A DNA stretch of 64,000 nucleotides from Microthyrium microscopicum. Its lineage: Eukaryota. Below the pieces are notes generated by a model. It ran no database searches, was not told the origin of the DNA, and worked only from the letters and a program-made list of their open reading frames with translations. Positions 35,932 to 49,332 of this stretch are shown piece after piece. Positions within the stretch are counted from its first letter, which is position 1; every line of letters begins with the position of its first letter. Where the stretch lies: positions 65,895 to 129,894 of the forward strand of contig MU004244.1 in NCBI GenBank assembly GCA_010405405.1. Reading direction: 5' to 3'. The translations under genes were made by a program, and so were the position numbers.

Positions 35932-38389
35932 ATGGACTCGTCAAAAGACGACGATTCAACTGGACTGAGTTCCAAGTACTCTTGCATCATATGTCACAAG
36001 CGCAAAGTCAAGTGCGATCGAGCACATCCATGCTCGAATTGCGTTAAAAACGAGGCAACTTGCGAATATGTCGCTCCTCCAGCACCGCGGAGGAAGAGGA
36101 AGAAGACCGACGATGAAGCTCTGAAGGAAAAAGTCGAGAAATACGAAGAGCAGTTGAGAGCACTGGGAGTCAAAGTGGACGAATCCGAAAGTCATTTGAT
36201 GGCAAGATCACGAACTTCATCGGAGCAGGTCGAAGCCAAGCGGAGAAGAACCAATTCAGCAGACAATTTCTCACCAAAAGTCCATCAGCCCGAGGAGCGC
36301 AAAGGCTCGGTGTGTCCAAAGCCTGAATCTGAAGGCTCGCTACTGCTGGATGCCGGCAAGTCTCGTTATGTAGAGAACAATCTTTGGATGTCAATATCAG
36401 ATGAGCTGCCAAATTCTCGACCTCTTATCCTTCAGGATCAACAAGAAAACTCAACCGATGAAGACCAAGAAGGAACAGAATTCGACCCAGGCTCCATCAT
36501 TTTTGGAACTCGGATTGCAGGGGATGTGGCATCATACTACCCTCGACCAACAGATGCCATGGCATTCTGGAAAGGTTTCAAAGAAAATGTTGACCCTATA
36601 ACGAAAATTGTCCACATTCCTACGGTACAGAAGCTTATCGAGCTGAGCTGCCAAAATGTTCATTGCATATCTCGCACAAACCTTACACTACTTTTCGCCA
36701 TCCATCTGATTGCTATAGAATCCATGTCCGACGAAGAAGTCAAAGATATAACTGGCGAGAACAAATCGATAGTATTCAAGCGGCTACTCTACGCTACCCA
36801 GCAATGCTTCATCAAAGGTGGCTTATTGAGAACATCAGATCTCACTATGCTCACGGCTTTCATTCTTTATATCCTTGGTATAAGATGTAGTACAGACACT
36901 CAAACCATTGCTTCGCTAATGGCCCTTGCCATAAGAGTCGCCCAAAGAATCGGCCTTCATCGAGATATTACTGACCATTTAAGGCCTTACGATATTGAAA
37001 TGAGACGAAGAGTATGGAAACAACTTCTCCTCCAAGACTGGATAATATCAGAATTAGCCGGTATCACCCCATTCCACGAAATGTATCCCCAATGGTGGCA
37101 CACCCCCAACCCTCGCAATCTCAATGACGCAGACTTTGATGTCAACACCACAATGGAAAACCTTCCCGCCTCCAAAATCGAGCCAACGGAAATGTTTATT
37201 TGCCAAATGCGTTACAACTTTGGCACCCTATTCGTCGATGGTGTAGAACAAGCCCGCCGCCGCTACAACGTCTCTGTTGGTGACGCTTTCAATTTCAGCG
37301 GCGGCTCCATAGCCGAACGCGACGCCCGCATCGACCGTCTCGAACAACATCTTCAAGATGCCTATCTGCGCTATGTCAACCCCATTGATCCGGTGCACCA
37401 CATGGTTGCTATCGTTGCGCGCGCGGCCATTGCAAACATTCGTATCCGCTCACACCACCCACGGCAATACGCCGACTTTGGCGCTTCCCTGCAGAGAGAA
37501 GAACATGATCGTCTCTTCAATTGGTCTCTCCAAGCCCTCCAATACGACAACCTCATCTACACTACCACGTCGCTCCGGCGCTTTCGCTGGCATTCGCGCC
37601 AGCTGTTCCAATATCATCCCCTTATATACCTCTTAACAAGTGTACGCTACCATCGATTGCCTACAAGCTTGAGCGTACAGGATGACATGTGGATAACCAT
37701 CCAAACACTCATCACGAATCGGCCAGAAATGATCGAGCGCAAACAAGTCCTTCACACTGCCATCGGCATGCTCGCCCTCCGCGCTTGGGAAGTTTTCGAA
37801 CACGATCGCAAGTCCGCACGGCAACCGTATACTACGCCGCCGTTTATTGCGCTACTTAAACCCATGGCTGGTGGTGCTGTGACTGGTAGTGTGCCTCCAA
37901 AGAAAGTACCGTATAAACCATTTCAGCAACAACGACAAACGCAAGCACCTACGAGTCGCCCTTCTGTATCGTATGCGCCTGATCCACAGGAACAGCAACA
38001 ACAGTCCCAATCCTTCACATCACCTGAATCCCACGTCTCCACTCCCTGGAGTTGGCATTCCAACGACCTTTACAACAATACGACTAGTGCGATGCCGCAG
38101 GACGTGCCATCGGGTGATTTATGGTCTGGCTGGGATCAGATATTGGTTAATGCGGAGATGCCGATCAATACAAGGTAAGAACAGTCTCTCAGCGCGCTGA
38201 GCTTTGTATCTGGAAATTGCGTCCATGCTAACAATTTCTAGTCAGGGGCTAAATACAAACGAATATGGGCTACTAGGAGGAATATTCTCGCCGCTCAATC
38301 GCGTTTGGGGCCAACAAAGTTTTGATGGTAGCGGACAGGCGACTCAAGGAGCGTCGTCTGGGGCGGCAGATATGGGATATGGGAAGTAG
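35932..38389 (+). CDS. Zn(II)2Cys6 transcription factor with fungal-specific middle homology region; 3' intron about 38175-38240
   Basis: CIICHKRKVKCDRAHPCSNCVKNEATC; AIRVAQRIGLHRD, EMRRRVW, PRNLNDADF; splice AG|GTAAGA..CTAAC..TAG joins ORF 38204-38389. Confidence 0.93.
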
Positions 38390-38817
38390 AGACATGCTAG
38401 TCGATGGAAGCGAGCCGTTTACACAGTGGATGAATGTGCGATATGGTGCCGGTATCGCGAATCAGTATAGCGTATAATACCTTCTAGCTAACAATAAGCT
38501 AGAGCAATACAACACCACTCCGATACCCAACGAGTATTCCACAGTGATATTATTTGACTCTCCAGAGCCGATGTAACCGAGAAGAGCATCCATTTGGGAT
38601 CGCACTCGGATGTCACTGGCACCACTACGGTAACGGGCAGGCATGTACTCTGTTAAAAAGCAATTATAAACTATAGTAAACCGTTAACATACAATTCCAA
38701 TACCCCATAATCCAGCAAAGTTCCATTAGAACTGTTGCAGCATCCCATAAAGTAACGATGCTTATCTGCCTTTGGTCCTTGTACCCCAAATTCCTTGCTT
38801 GTCATGACTCCTGTGGA

Positions 38818-40181
38818 TCATGGGACGTAGTGCAAATAGCTAAATTTCTTCTTGTTCAATCCTTCAATCTCAGGGACATTGCCTAGTTCTCTGGCAAATG
38901 TGCCGAAGAATAGACCTGCTCTCTCTTTGAATTTGACTGTTTCTTCTTCGAGGGCCTTGGTGACATGGTCTACGCTTTTATCTCTGTTGTCGAATTAGTA
39001 TATAATTCTTAGTCGGAACTTCAGTGTGCTGATATGATTTGCCAGAGGCGGTGGTGACCAAGGAAGTAGTATACGAAGAAAGCAGTTGAGGGGGAAGCAA
39101 AGGATCTACGAGACGGATAACTTACAAAGCTTCTTGCATTGGCTTTATGTTTTCTTGAGACAGTTTCGGTCCCTTCTTCTTCTCACGAAGATAAACTGTA
39201 GGCTTTTCGACACTTTGGAAGCGGACTTCGAATGCATCATCTCCAAAGATTAGCGGCTTGTCTGGCATATGTCCAGTCACGATTGACCACCAATATTTTC
39301 CGCCCATTTTCTCTCCGACTCCCTGCATCATTGCCTCGAACTTTTTGCCATCGGGGTCATTGGGGATGGGGAAGTAGGTGTGTGGGACCCAGTCTTGACG
39401 CTTGGAGTTTTTGTGAGGTGTGTTTGAGTTTTCGAGTTCAGATTCTTCAACGGTGGGCCACTTCTGTTTGGCGATGGCTGCTAGCTCGGGATACTTGGAA
39501 ATGACTTCTGCGAGTTGTTCAAGCATCGCCTGGTACTTGGGCCCGTTTGGGTCGTCGGCGATGAACTTGGTAATTGCATTGTCCACGCTGTCAAGATCAT
39601 TGTCCGTCTTGATCAAGAAAAGGATTGAGGGTGGAAAAAGGATACCGCTTAAGACCTTCGCAGCAGTTTCAAGTGCGGATGACCCTCCAGGCCCCTCGAC
39701 TAGTTCAGAAGGCTTCTTGGGCTTCCTGGTCGGTTCAGGCTTTGGTGTGGACTCGGCCGTTGACGGTGACATTGGCGCAGGCTTTTTTCCCTTGTCGGCG
39801 CTTGGTTCAGATCGGGCCTTCAAGTTCTTCCCATCATGGTCGTTGGAGATGATGCTGGCAGCTGGGGCCCACTGTTGGAGTTTGTAATTTGCTTGTGCGG
39901 CGAGAGGTCCATAGTGAGTGGGTGCTGGGTTTGAAGGCTTGTCAACCGTGGGCCAATTTGTAGGCATTACAGGCAGAGAGATCAAGTTTTGGGCGTCTAT
40001 GGGTGTGAGATCGCGAACATGAGCCTGGTGAGGAAGAGAGTGGACTGATAGAGCCAGGCCGGCCACGATAATTACCTGAGGTGGTTAGCATAAGTTTGAG
40101 TTGTACAGTGACTGATTAGTTATGAAGATACGAGACGGGGCTGAGGGAAAATAAAGGGATTCTTACAGAGAGAGAAGTCAT
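38818..40181 (-). CDS. Secreted hypothetical protein (3 exons) with dibasic/monobasic processing sites
   Basis: 15-nt first exon ATGACTTCTCTCTCT|GTAAGA splices to GTAATTATC giving MTSLSVIIVAGLALSVHS; ORF 39122-40066; last exon LDKSVDH..LHYVP* ends at 38818. Confidence 0.65.
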
Positions 40182-40907
40182 CTTTGTGGTATTTGGGAGA
40201 GAAGGTTGACAATCCTAGAAATGGAAGAATACGATGGCTTTTATATCCTTCGATGAGTGTGGTTGATGGACCTGTATTTGTGCCTTCGAAGACGTTAGAT
40301 TCTACCAAAGTCGTCGTGTACTCCGGTTAGCTTTTAGACAGAGTATTGGTTTATCGAATAATGTACCAGAGTTTTACATTTGAGACCCAGAACACTGAAC
40401 AAAGGCCCTGAGCTGGATTAACAAGCTCTATACAAAACTTCGCAGCGCTCAGCTAACTGGAGAGATTTTGGGATAACTTACCGTCTTCAGCAATAACTCA
40501 ACAGTAACGAGAGACTTTGGAATCCTTGAAATATGGCAGTTCACACGATCCTCGACACTTGCGATAAAATAGGCATATCCAAAATCTATGAGAATTCGGC
40601 CCTTGTAACCAGTTACTGACGCACTAGCTGAACCTAACCAAAAAAAATACTCCCATATCTGAACTTTGTGGATGGCTTGCAGAATTAGAACCAAGGGTAG
40701 TGTGAGTTCACCACCAGAGGGGAGATTTGGAAAAGAATCGGTCGACGCCGGTTTTCTTTTGGTAACAATGTCAAATTCTTTGAACCGGCAGAATAACAAG
40801 ACTACCAAAAAATTGAAACAGTCTAAACCAACGGAACACTAATCCCTGCGCAACCTTCCGGCAATCAAAACTTATTCCCCGGAGGCACCATGGCATGTCA
40901 AGTATAC

Positions 40908-42628
40908 TCAAATATCTGCATCAGCAGCCGCATCCCGATCACCCTTAGTTATGGGAAGCAATAAGTCATCATCTCCCCCTTGATCTTCCGTATACCGCAA
41001 AATGCCATCCCCAACAACATTCACAGCACCAATAACAACACTGCTGACTGTCCGACCAAGCATGTCACTGCCATTTCGCAATGCCTCAGTCCCATCTCGT
41101 AACTCATCTTTAAAGTTACGCCGTGGCGTTGGCGAGACCGGAGACACTGGTTTACATTGGCCCTCCAGATCCCATTCTTCCGTACGCTGAAAGCCTGAGC
41201 TGTGTCTGACAGAAGCGTCCGCAGCAGGAGTGTGAAAGGTAGAAGTGTTCGCAGCAGGAGTGTTCAAAGCAGAAGTCATGGCAGCAGGAGTGGCACCAAA
41301 GAAGCTATCCTGTGCGCTGGATGTGGGAACGTTCCGACGGACAAGCGAGTTCGCAGCATTCGTGTCGATAACCAAACGCGTGCCCGGAGACGATGATTTT
41401 GAATATCCGGATGCTAGGCCACGTTCTGGTGTGCTTCGTGCTGATGAGGATGTGCTGTTGGGTGTAGAGAAAGAACCGTCACTATGGACATGATTGACCG
41501 GTGGTAAGCGGCGATACTCGGCATTGTGTTGGGATTTGGATTGAGATTTGTTGCTGGTAACTACCCAATATATTGCACAGACCAAGAGGAAGCCAATGGC
41601 TAAGAGTATGCCGACGGTTATGCCGGCGCTTTGCAAGGCTGGTGAAACCTCGGGCTTGGAGTAGGAGGATTCTGGCTTGTGGGCCTGGCGGAACAGAGAT
41701 CCGGAATCGAGAATATGTGATGTCGACTTGGCTAGTGTTGAGCTTCCAGTCGGATGGTTGTCTAAGAAAATGTCAGTATTTTCCTCATCACAATTGTATT
41801 ATGGGACTTACGTCTAAAGTGCTTGAAGGGCCTGGGATTGTTGACGGAGCTGGTCTGCCGGGCATCGGCCATAGCAGAAGCTGTGGGAAACTTCACAGTC
41901 TCTGTAGTGGGAGCGGTTTTAGTCTTGCCGACAGCCTCACGCATTTTGATGGTATGGATTGTCGTAATTTCCGTCGCCGTGAAAGCAACAGGCTGCTGAG
42001 CGCCAACAGTCGTCGCAACTGGGATTTGACTTGGTGGGTTTGGAGAAGATTCTTGCCGCACGTTCAGCGTCTTGTGAAAAGGTTGAACGTAAGATGGCGC
42101 CCTATTTGTTTTTGTGCGTAGCTTTGGTGCCTGAAACTTTGATGCTCCCGACGATGCTGCCGATTTCGATGCCTCCAACCTTGCAAGCTCCTGAGAAGCA
42201 GAGTTTCCGGCCTCAGTTCCATCATAGCATACATTCCGTTGGTTTGCAGCAGAAATTCGCGAGGCTAGAGCAGAAACTTCGTTTGAAACATCGATAATCA
42301 TGGGTACCTTGAAAGATGGTGTAGCCTTTACTTGCAGAGAGGAGATTGTTGATGCTTCTGTGGGTTGATCTGCTTCTGGAAAGCACGCCGACGAGCTTCC
42401 GGCCTCGTTTATTTCAAACCATACACTCGATTGGCTAGCAGCAGAGATTCTTGACGTTACAGAAGCAGCCATCTTCAATAGATCGTAATATCTTCCTTCC
42501 CGCTGAGTTGGCATAATATTTCTCTGTCCCACAGATGAGGTTGTCGTAGTCGATTGGTCCACCTCTGGCAAAGACGCTGATGAGATTCCAGCTGGGGCCA
42601 TGATGACCAGAATCAGAGCAAATGTCAA
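40908..42628 (-). CDS. Ser/Thr/Ala-rich single-pass membrane protein (2 exons; start uncertain)
   Basis: ORF 41762-42628 splices (GTAAGT near 41811, CTGAC..TTAG near 41762) in frame into ORF 40908-41636; TM helix GITVGILLAIGFLLVCAIYWVV. Confidence 0.6.
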
Positions 42629-42986
42629 ACGACGGCGCTCGATGTCGTGTAGCTGTCAGCGTGAGAATCTAATGCGCAAAATTCCAGCCGTGTGTGAGAG
42701 AGAATAATATTGGGAACTAAGAGCATAGGGCTGGATAATGCCAAACGAGCAGCAAAACGTCAGAAGTGCCCTTAAATGAAAAGATAGCGATGGAGTTATG
42801 ATAGAAAGTCACTAGGATGATTTATTGTAACAAGACATCATGTTGACGTGTAATGTGATGCATGATAACATGGAAGGAGACTTGAGTGATGATACTGCTC
42901 TTACTCTAAGATATAACTTCTGCTTCGTCTCCTTCTTCTCCATCTTTCTCCCTCATCTTCCTCCTCCGTCGCTTCTCCGGTGGCAA

Positions 42987-45900
42987 CTATCTCCTATTGA
43001 AATTCAGATATCGCGCCTGTGGTAAATTAGCATCATCCTTTTCATAAAAGAACAGGCAGAACTTACCGCGAGTAGCATGATAACAATACTACTAGCAATA
43101 TAGCAAGCCAAGATTCCCAGATCTCTCCATCGATGGCTAAAATTATATCCCAACGGTTCGTAAAACTGGTCTCCAACTTTATAAGCACAGTACTGACAGC
43201 TACTGGTAGCATTATCAACCAAGTAGCCCGCTCCTCCCCTTGCAAAGAAATTCTTCATATAGTCTCCACAGTTTGTACCATTTGGAGCGGTGAAAGTGTT
43301 GAGTTCACTACCTTTGCAAACGACCTCTGTATCATGCAACTGCGTCACCAACATCCCACTGATCAAGTGACTAAATGGGTCTAGGTAGTACAACCAGTCT
43401 CGCCAGAATGCGGGCATTGATGGTGCTGGAATAGTGACACCTGAGAATAGGGCGAAGGTTATCATGATGGGTGGATTGAAGAGTGCGGATATCTTGGGCG
43501 TCGGCGTTAGTGCTGCTACCATTTGGCCTAGACAGACGGCAAAGTTCTCGAGGATGAGACACATGAAGAACTGATATCCTGCTCTACTAGGCTCGGGGCG
43601 TAAGCCGGGGATGTAGTAGATTGGTAAGAAGAACCCTACAGCGCAGATCAGGCTGTACGGTATCTCCGCAATGGTCATTGATAATGCGAAAGGGATTGTG
43701 CGGTATGACTTGGAAGCTTGTTCGCGGTAGGCGAGTTGGCGGGCGATGGCGTATTTGGGCTGGACTTGCGCGAGGATTATGGCTGGGAGGACGGTGAATT
43801 GAAAGATCAGGAAGACTTCGTCTTGCAGCGAAGACCGCGAATTGTCTAGATTGAGGAACACAAGACCGCCGAGGAGGGCGATTACAACGTGGTTGAAGAG
43901 GCGAGTGAGGCCGTAGTCTGGTGTGCGATAGAAACTTTTGCTTTGGCGCTTGATTACTTGCTTCATTTGATGCCAGGTTGGTGTGGCGTATTCTGCCTGG
44001 CCTTCTTGATTTGAACTGTTTTCAGTCTCTTGTTTGATTTTGATGATGTCTTTCTTGATCTGGACGAATTCGGGAGATTCAGTCCACACTTCGCCCCAGT
44101 CGCGTTCTCCCAGACGAGGAGTTAGGCCGGCACCGATACAGTCGAGCATCCATTCTGCAGGATTGGCATCTGGTGGACATATAGCGCCGTTACGATGGAA
44201 ATAATCTCGAAGTAGATATGCATCGTCGCCGATGTCCCCGAAGTAAACACATTCACCACCCTTCTGTAGCAGTAACAGCCGATCGAACTGTTGAAACAGA
44301 GCGCTGTTCGGTTGATGAATGGTACACAGCACTGCCTGACCAACAGCAGTCAGTTTTCGCAAGAATCGTGCAATATTCCAAGCACTTTGACTATCGAGGC
44401 CTGTAGTTGGTTCATCAAGGAAGAGAAGAAGTTGAGGTTTAGCAGCCAACTCTATTCCAATAGTGACCAACTTGCGCTGATTTGGTGGAAGACCAGCCTC
44501 TGGAGATCCAATAATAGCATCGGCGATATCCTCGAGCTCAAGCAGCGAAATAATCTCTTCAACATACTGATACTTTTCTGATTGTGGTGTTTCGTATGAT
44601 TGCCTAAGGTCAGCGGAGAAGCGCAAAGACTCTCTCACGGTAACAGAAGGCTCTAGGACATCCATCTGCTCTGCATATGATGTACCACGTTGGAACGCGA
44701 GACCTGGTTTGCTTCCATCAAGAAGAATGTCGCCAGATATGATACCGATATTCTTCCGCGCACTCAGTACGTCCAGCAATGAAGTTTTGCCGGCACCGGA
44801 AGCTCCCATCAACGCAACCAGTTGACCTGGCTTGACATATCCAAACACATTATTGAGAATTCGTTTGTGACCAGAGGGGATCGGGACGTCGTAATTGACG
44901 CCTTCCCAGGTAAGCACTGATTTGGAAGCGATTTGAATATTCGCAGCCTGGTTAGTATCCGCTTCATGATTGAGACGTGCTTGTTTCCTGTCTTTCAGAG
45001 AGTTATTCAACTTCTTTCGCTCAGCATTCTCTTTCACAAAAATTGTGACTGTGCTTCCTCCACCTCCAAAGACCAAATATTCACCAAGGAATACATTGGC
45101 GCTTAGAAAGCCGACAATGAGAGTGATGATTAGACCAAAATGGAACCACTGTGAAGATGGATTGAACTGAAATTGTTGCTTGATATACTCCGTGCCTGAC
45201 ACGATTGGATTTCCCGGTATACTGCCAAGAAGCGTGCAAACCTGGTGGTTAATATCATTGTAGCCGTCACCACTGGGTACAAGTGAGCCAGTGACACATC
45301 GCAAATTCAACCTCTTGAATTCATTCATCATGAGCGAGGAGAAACCAAGCCCGGCAGGGTTAATATAGAATATCCAGCGTAGCCAGACATGCTGCGAATG
45401 CCATTGGATTGGATATCCACTGGTGAGCACTAGTAGCGAGATCATGATAGATGCTGTTCGGATTGCAATGTCAAAATCAGAGCTCAAAATGCCAATCGTC
45501 CGAAATATGACAGTCATGCAAAGATAGCCGCAGAATATTGTGATTAGAAACGTGAAGAATGCGCCGGGTTCACGAACGAGGCCAGTTGAAAAATATACCA
45601 TGATTGAAAAACAGGATATCAATACACTTTGAAACATGCCGTCGATGAAGATTTGAGCGATCCATAATGCGGACGGGCGGTAGAAGGCGTATGAGCGATG
45701 TTTGTTGACAACTGGTCGACCCAGCATTGTGCCTACTAGTTCCCCGAACGCTTGGAAACCATTGAACAGAAAGCTGATGAAGATGACACCACCACGAATG
45801 AAAGCTCCAGCACTAGTTTCCGGTAGGTTTATCCAGACAGTGCTGAGAATAAGAGCGATGGTCAAGCAGGTAGTCCAAGATACAGTAAGTGAAAACTTGT

Positions 45901-47960
45901 CCTGCCATTTGAGAATCGCTTGTCGCTTCATTAACGTCCAGACTTGAAGCCAAAATGGAATTGAGTAAACATTGTCGCGGGAGGTGTGGCGTTTGGATTG
46001 TTTGACGGCAGTCAAAAAGTCTTCGACATCATTCTCGTCAACAGTCTGTCGATACTGTCGCATTTCAGAGTCCAGAGCATCGGATATAGTTGATTGATCG
46101 AAGGCAGCAGACAGTGAATCTGGAGTAGAAGGAACATTGCTTGCTGAACGTCCCGACTTGAACTTGCGTTCGTGTGGATCGAGACATCCCAAACAAAAGT
46201 CAGCGGATGTCTGTCTCGGTTGTTCCAAATATCCTAGTCCTTCAAAGTAAGCTCTTGCTTGCTTTGCTGGACCAAAGTACACTTGTCTTCCCTGGTCTAT
46301 AACAAGAACTTTATCAAACTCCCGATAAATCGATTCGGAGACCTGATATGCAGTGATGAATGTTGTGGTGTGTTGGATATCACACAAGATACGTATTGAA
46401 CGGACGTAATCGACCGCAGTGCTGGCGTCCAAACCTCGCGTCGGGCTATCCCAGCAGCATAGCGAGGCTTTGGTGACCTATACTGTTAGGTGAAAGATCA
46501 CAAAAGGGTGTTGACAGGTCCTTTCGAGGTGGAAATATGAAACATCCATCGCATTCGATGGCCCCCATCGAATGCGATCGAAGGTATGATTGATTTTGTC
46601 CCAACGGATCAGAAGTAGACGTCTTACCATCATTTCCGCTATAGCGGCGCGCTTCCTCTCGCCCCCTGAGACGCCTCTAACGAAAGGGCCTCCAACGAAC
46701 GTGTCTATTTTGTTAGTGTATAAGCATCATAGTGGATGCAGTGTCAGCCACTACAGCACTGAAACAGTTGATGACCTGCTGTAATGCTAAGAAGTAGCTT
46801 TGGCTACTGTAGCATAACGGTAGATTATCTAACTGCTCCAATGAAAGTGATGACTTTGCACGGGAATTTTCTTACTTCGCGTATGCTAGTTGCAGTTAGT
46901 CTCAGATCTAACATCTCAGGGATCTCCAGGAACTCGATCGCATTAGACTGCATATGGTGCAGACCAAAACAATCTGACGTAAGCGCAAGGAAGTATATAT
47001 CCGACTTACCTCAATGTTGAACATTCTTAAAAGCATCGTAATAACCTTTTCTTTGAAGTCTTTCTGTGATATGCCAGCCGGTCTACCACCTCTACAATTG
47101 AGGGCAAAGTTCAACTAGAATCTGTCAGTTGAAAGCTACATTCAGAGCTAGTACTCTCAGAGAAGACCAGCCGGTCTTTTCGATCTTACCATTTGGCCCA
47201 CTGTCAGAGTCGGAAGCATAGAGTTCGATTCGTCTTCCGCATTATACACAGCCTCGCCGCGATATTTCTTCCCAAATGTCTTGTGGTCAAAAGAGCCATA
47301 TAGAACCTCGCCGCTCACATCCGTATATCCCAGGCGCTGATTGCTGATGACTTTTAGAAACGATGTACATCCACTGCCAGGGCGACCAAGGACGAGGACC
47401 ATTTCACCTGGCTTTACGACTCCGCGGAATGACTTGAGAATATCGACTTCTTTCCCTGGTTTGCCAAGGCCTATGAGTCGGCGGATGAGTGGCCAGTAGT
47501 TGAAGAATTGGATACATTTGGACGGAAATGTCTGGACGTAAATCTTGGAGCCACCGAGACCACGAACTGTGAGGTCATCCCAGTAAACGCCAATCTTTTT
47601 CGACTTGATTCCTGCAGCATCACTTTCCTCTTTGTCTCCACGAAGAACTTTCTCAAGATCAAATGGCTCTCCGGCTTCAGTGCGTTTGGTTCCAGCTTTT
47701 TCAAGATCGTAGCCTTGGATGTTGGATGGGACTTGTCGAATAGATTCTTGGTGTGATGCTTTCAACTCCAAGTTGAGCTGGTTGAACTCCTCTTCGGCTC
47801 GTTGGACGTTGATATGACCGCCTTCGATGGACTTGAAGGTCGTTGGACTTTTCGCTTCTGGAGTGGAAGCGCCAGACCAGCGGCGCTTTTTGTCATCATC
47901 GTTGCTAGATGAGTTGACACTGTCTCTGGGTGATTGTGGGAGATCGTTGCCCGTAGCCAT
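42987..47960 (-). CDS. Full-size ABC-G (PDR-type) multidrug transporter, multi-exon
   Basis: NBD1 GRPGSGCTS and [18 protein letters not shown]; NBD2 GASGAGKT, LFLDEPTTGLDSQ, CTIHQP; two TMDs; last exon ARYLNFNRR* ends at 42987. SNQ2/AtrB-like architecture. Confidence 0.95.
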
Positions 47961-49332
47961 TGTCGCTACCAATCAAGCTTGGAATCGCAAGCAAGCTCTA
48001 AATAACGCTACGCAACCGAAAAGGCCGATGCTGTTGCTCAAGGCGCTATGATCCAGTACTTAAACAACAGTGTATAGAATATGTGGGACGAGGACGAGCG
48101 CACCAAAGCAAAACCAGAATTTGGAGCTCGAATTTGATCACCAAAATTTGAACAAACCCAATTCAAAGCATCGTTGCCACTCCAGCAGATCAAAGTTGTA
48201 TGGTAGCTTAGCTTGAGGAGCTATTCACCAGACGATCGCGGTCCTACATCGCCCGCATCTTTGTCATCGTCCCTCTATACAGACACCTACTCAAGCCGCA
48301 TCTACTCAGTAGCACGCCTTGTTTGCCCGATCCATTCGTTGACAGGCAGTACAGATCTTCGACAGCTGATTGACTGATAGATCTGCTGCTTCCCGGAACA
48401 ACGGCACATCGGGAGCTTGGAATTCACCGCTTTGCTTGGGTAGCTTGGGTAAGCTCCCATCGGTATCCAAATGCACAGGGCAATTGCCGAACAGTAGAGC
48501 CCAGGCATATGCCAGGTTGCTGCATGTCAGATATCATTATCAGTCAAAGCGTTCTCTCTTTGGCATTGTGGGTTGGTTTGGTGGGGACTCGCGTGGCATT
48601 GATGGCGAGATCGGGAAGTTTGTTCTGGACTGGGATGCAGGTTGGCGGTCTAAACCATTGGTGTTGAAATCCGGGGAAGGGATCATGCAGCTAGTCTCTT
48701 TTTTCCTTGGCCGCGGCAATTGGTCTTTTCTTCCTAGGCGCAAACGGGTAGATTAATGTTATTGGTTGGTGGTGAGTTTTGGCGATTGTTTATGGATGGA
48801 TGTTTTCGGATGGAGTTTCTGGATTGGGGTGAGGCTTTGAAAGTAAAGTATAGTTGATCTTGGTCGAAAAATCATGGGGTTTGCTGTCCATGGTGATTGA
48901 CGCTTGCTTTTTGCGGTATCCGATTTCGACTGACATTTTCCATCTGATAATGCGATCCAAGCGAGCTTGAGCGCGATTCATTGAAATTTTTGACAGCAAT
49001 TTACCTTGTTTTAATCGCACACCACATAACTTCATTTGCTGGTTCAGGAGCCTGCCAGCTCGTAGAGTCTTCCTGAACCCACAACTTTGATAGGCTCGTG
49101 TTCTCCAGTGCCCATTTGATTTGCGAGAGACCAACATCTCAATCCTCCATCAGGAGCACAGAAACACATCACACGGGTCCTTGAGTGAGTAAAGAGTTCG
49201 CTATTCCATCCCAATGCAATATCTTCTGCCCCAATGCCAGTGTATCTAGGGCGTTAAACATGCATATCGTAGACATCCCAAGGAACCACAATATGCAACC
49301 GCATTCATCAGGTTCAAAGTCATCCCAAACAA

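Noticed and set aside
28658..47960. Secondary metabolite biosynthetic cluster
   Set aside because: Transporters and a regulator are present, but no backbone or tailoring enzymes.
43004..47972. Split or frameshifted ABC pseudogene
   Set aside because: Canonical introns plus the 10-nt micro-exon restore a continuous frame.
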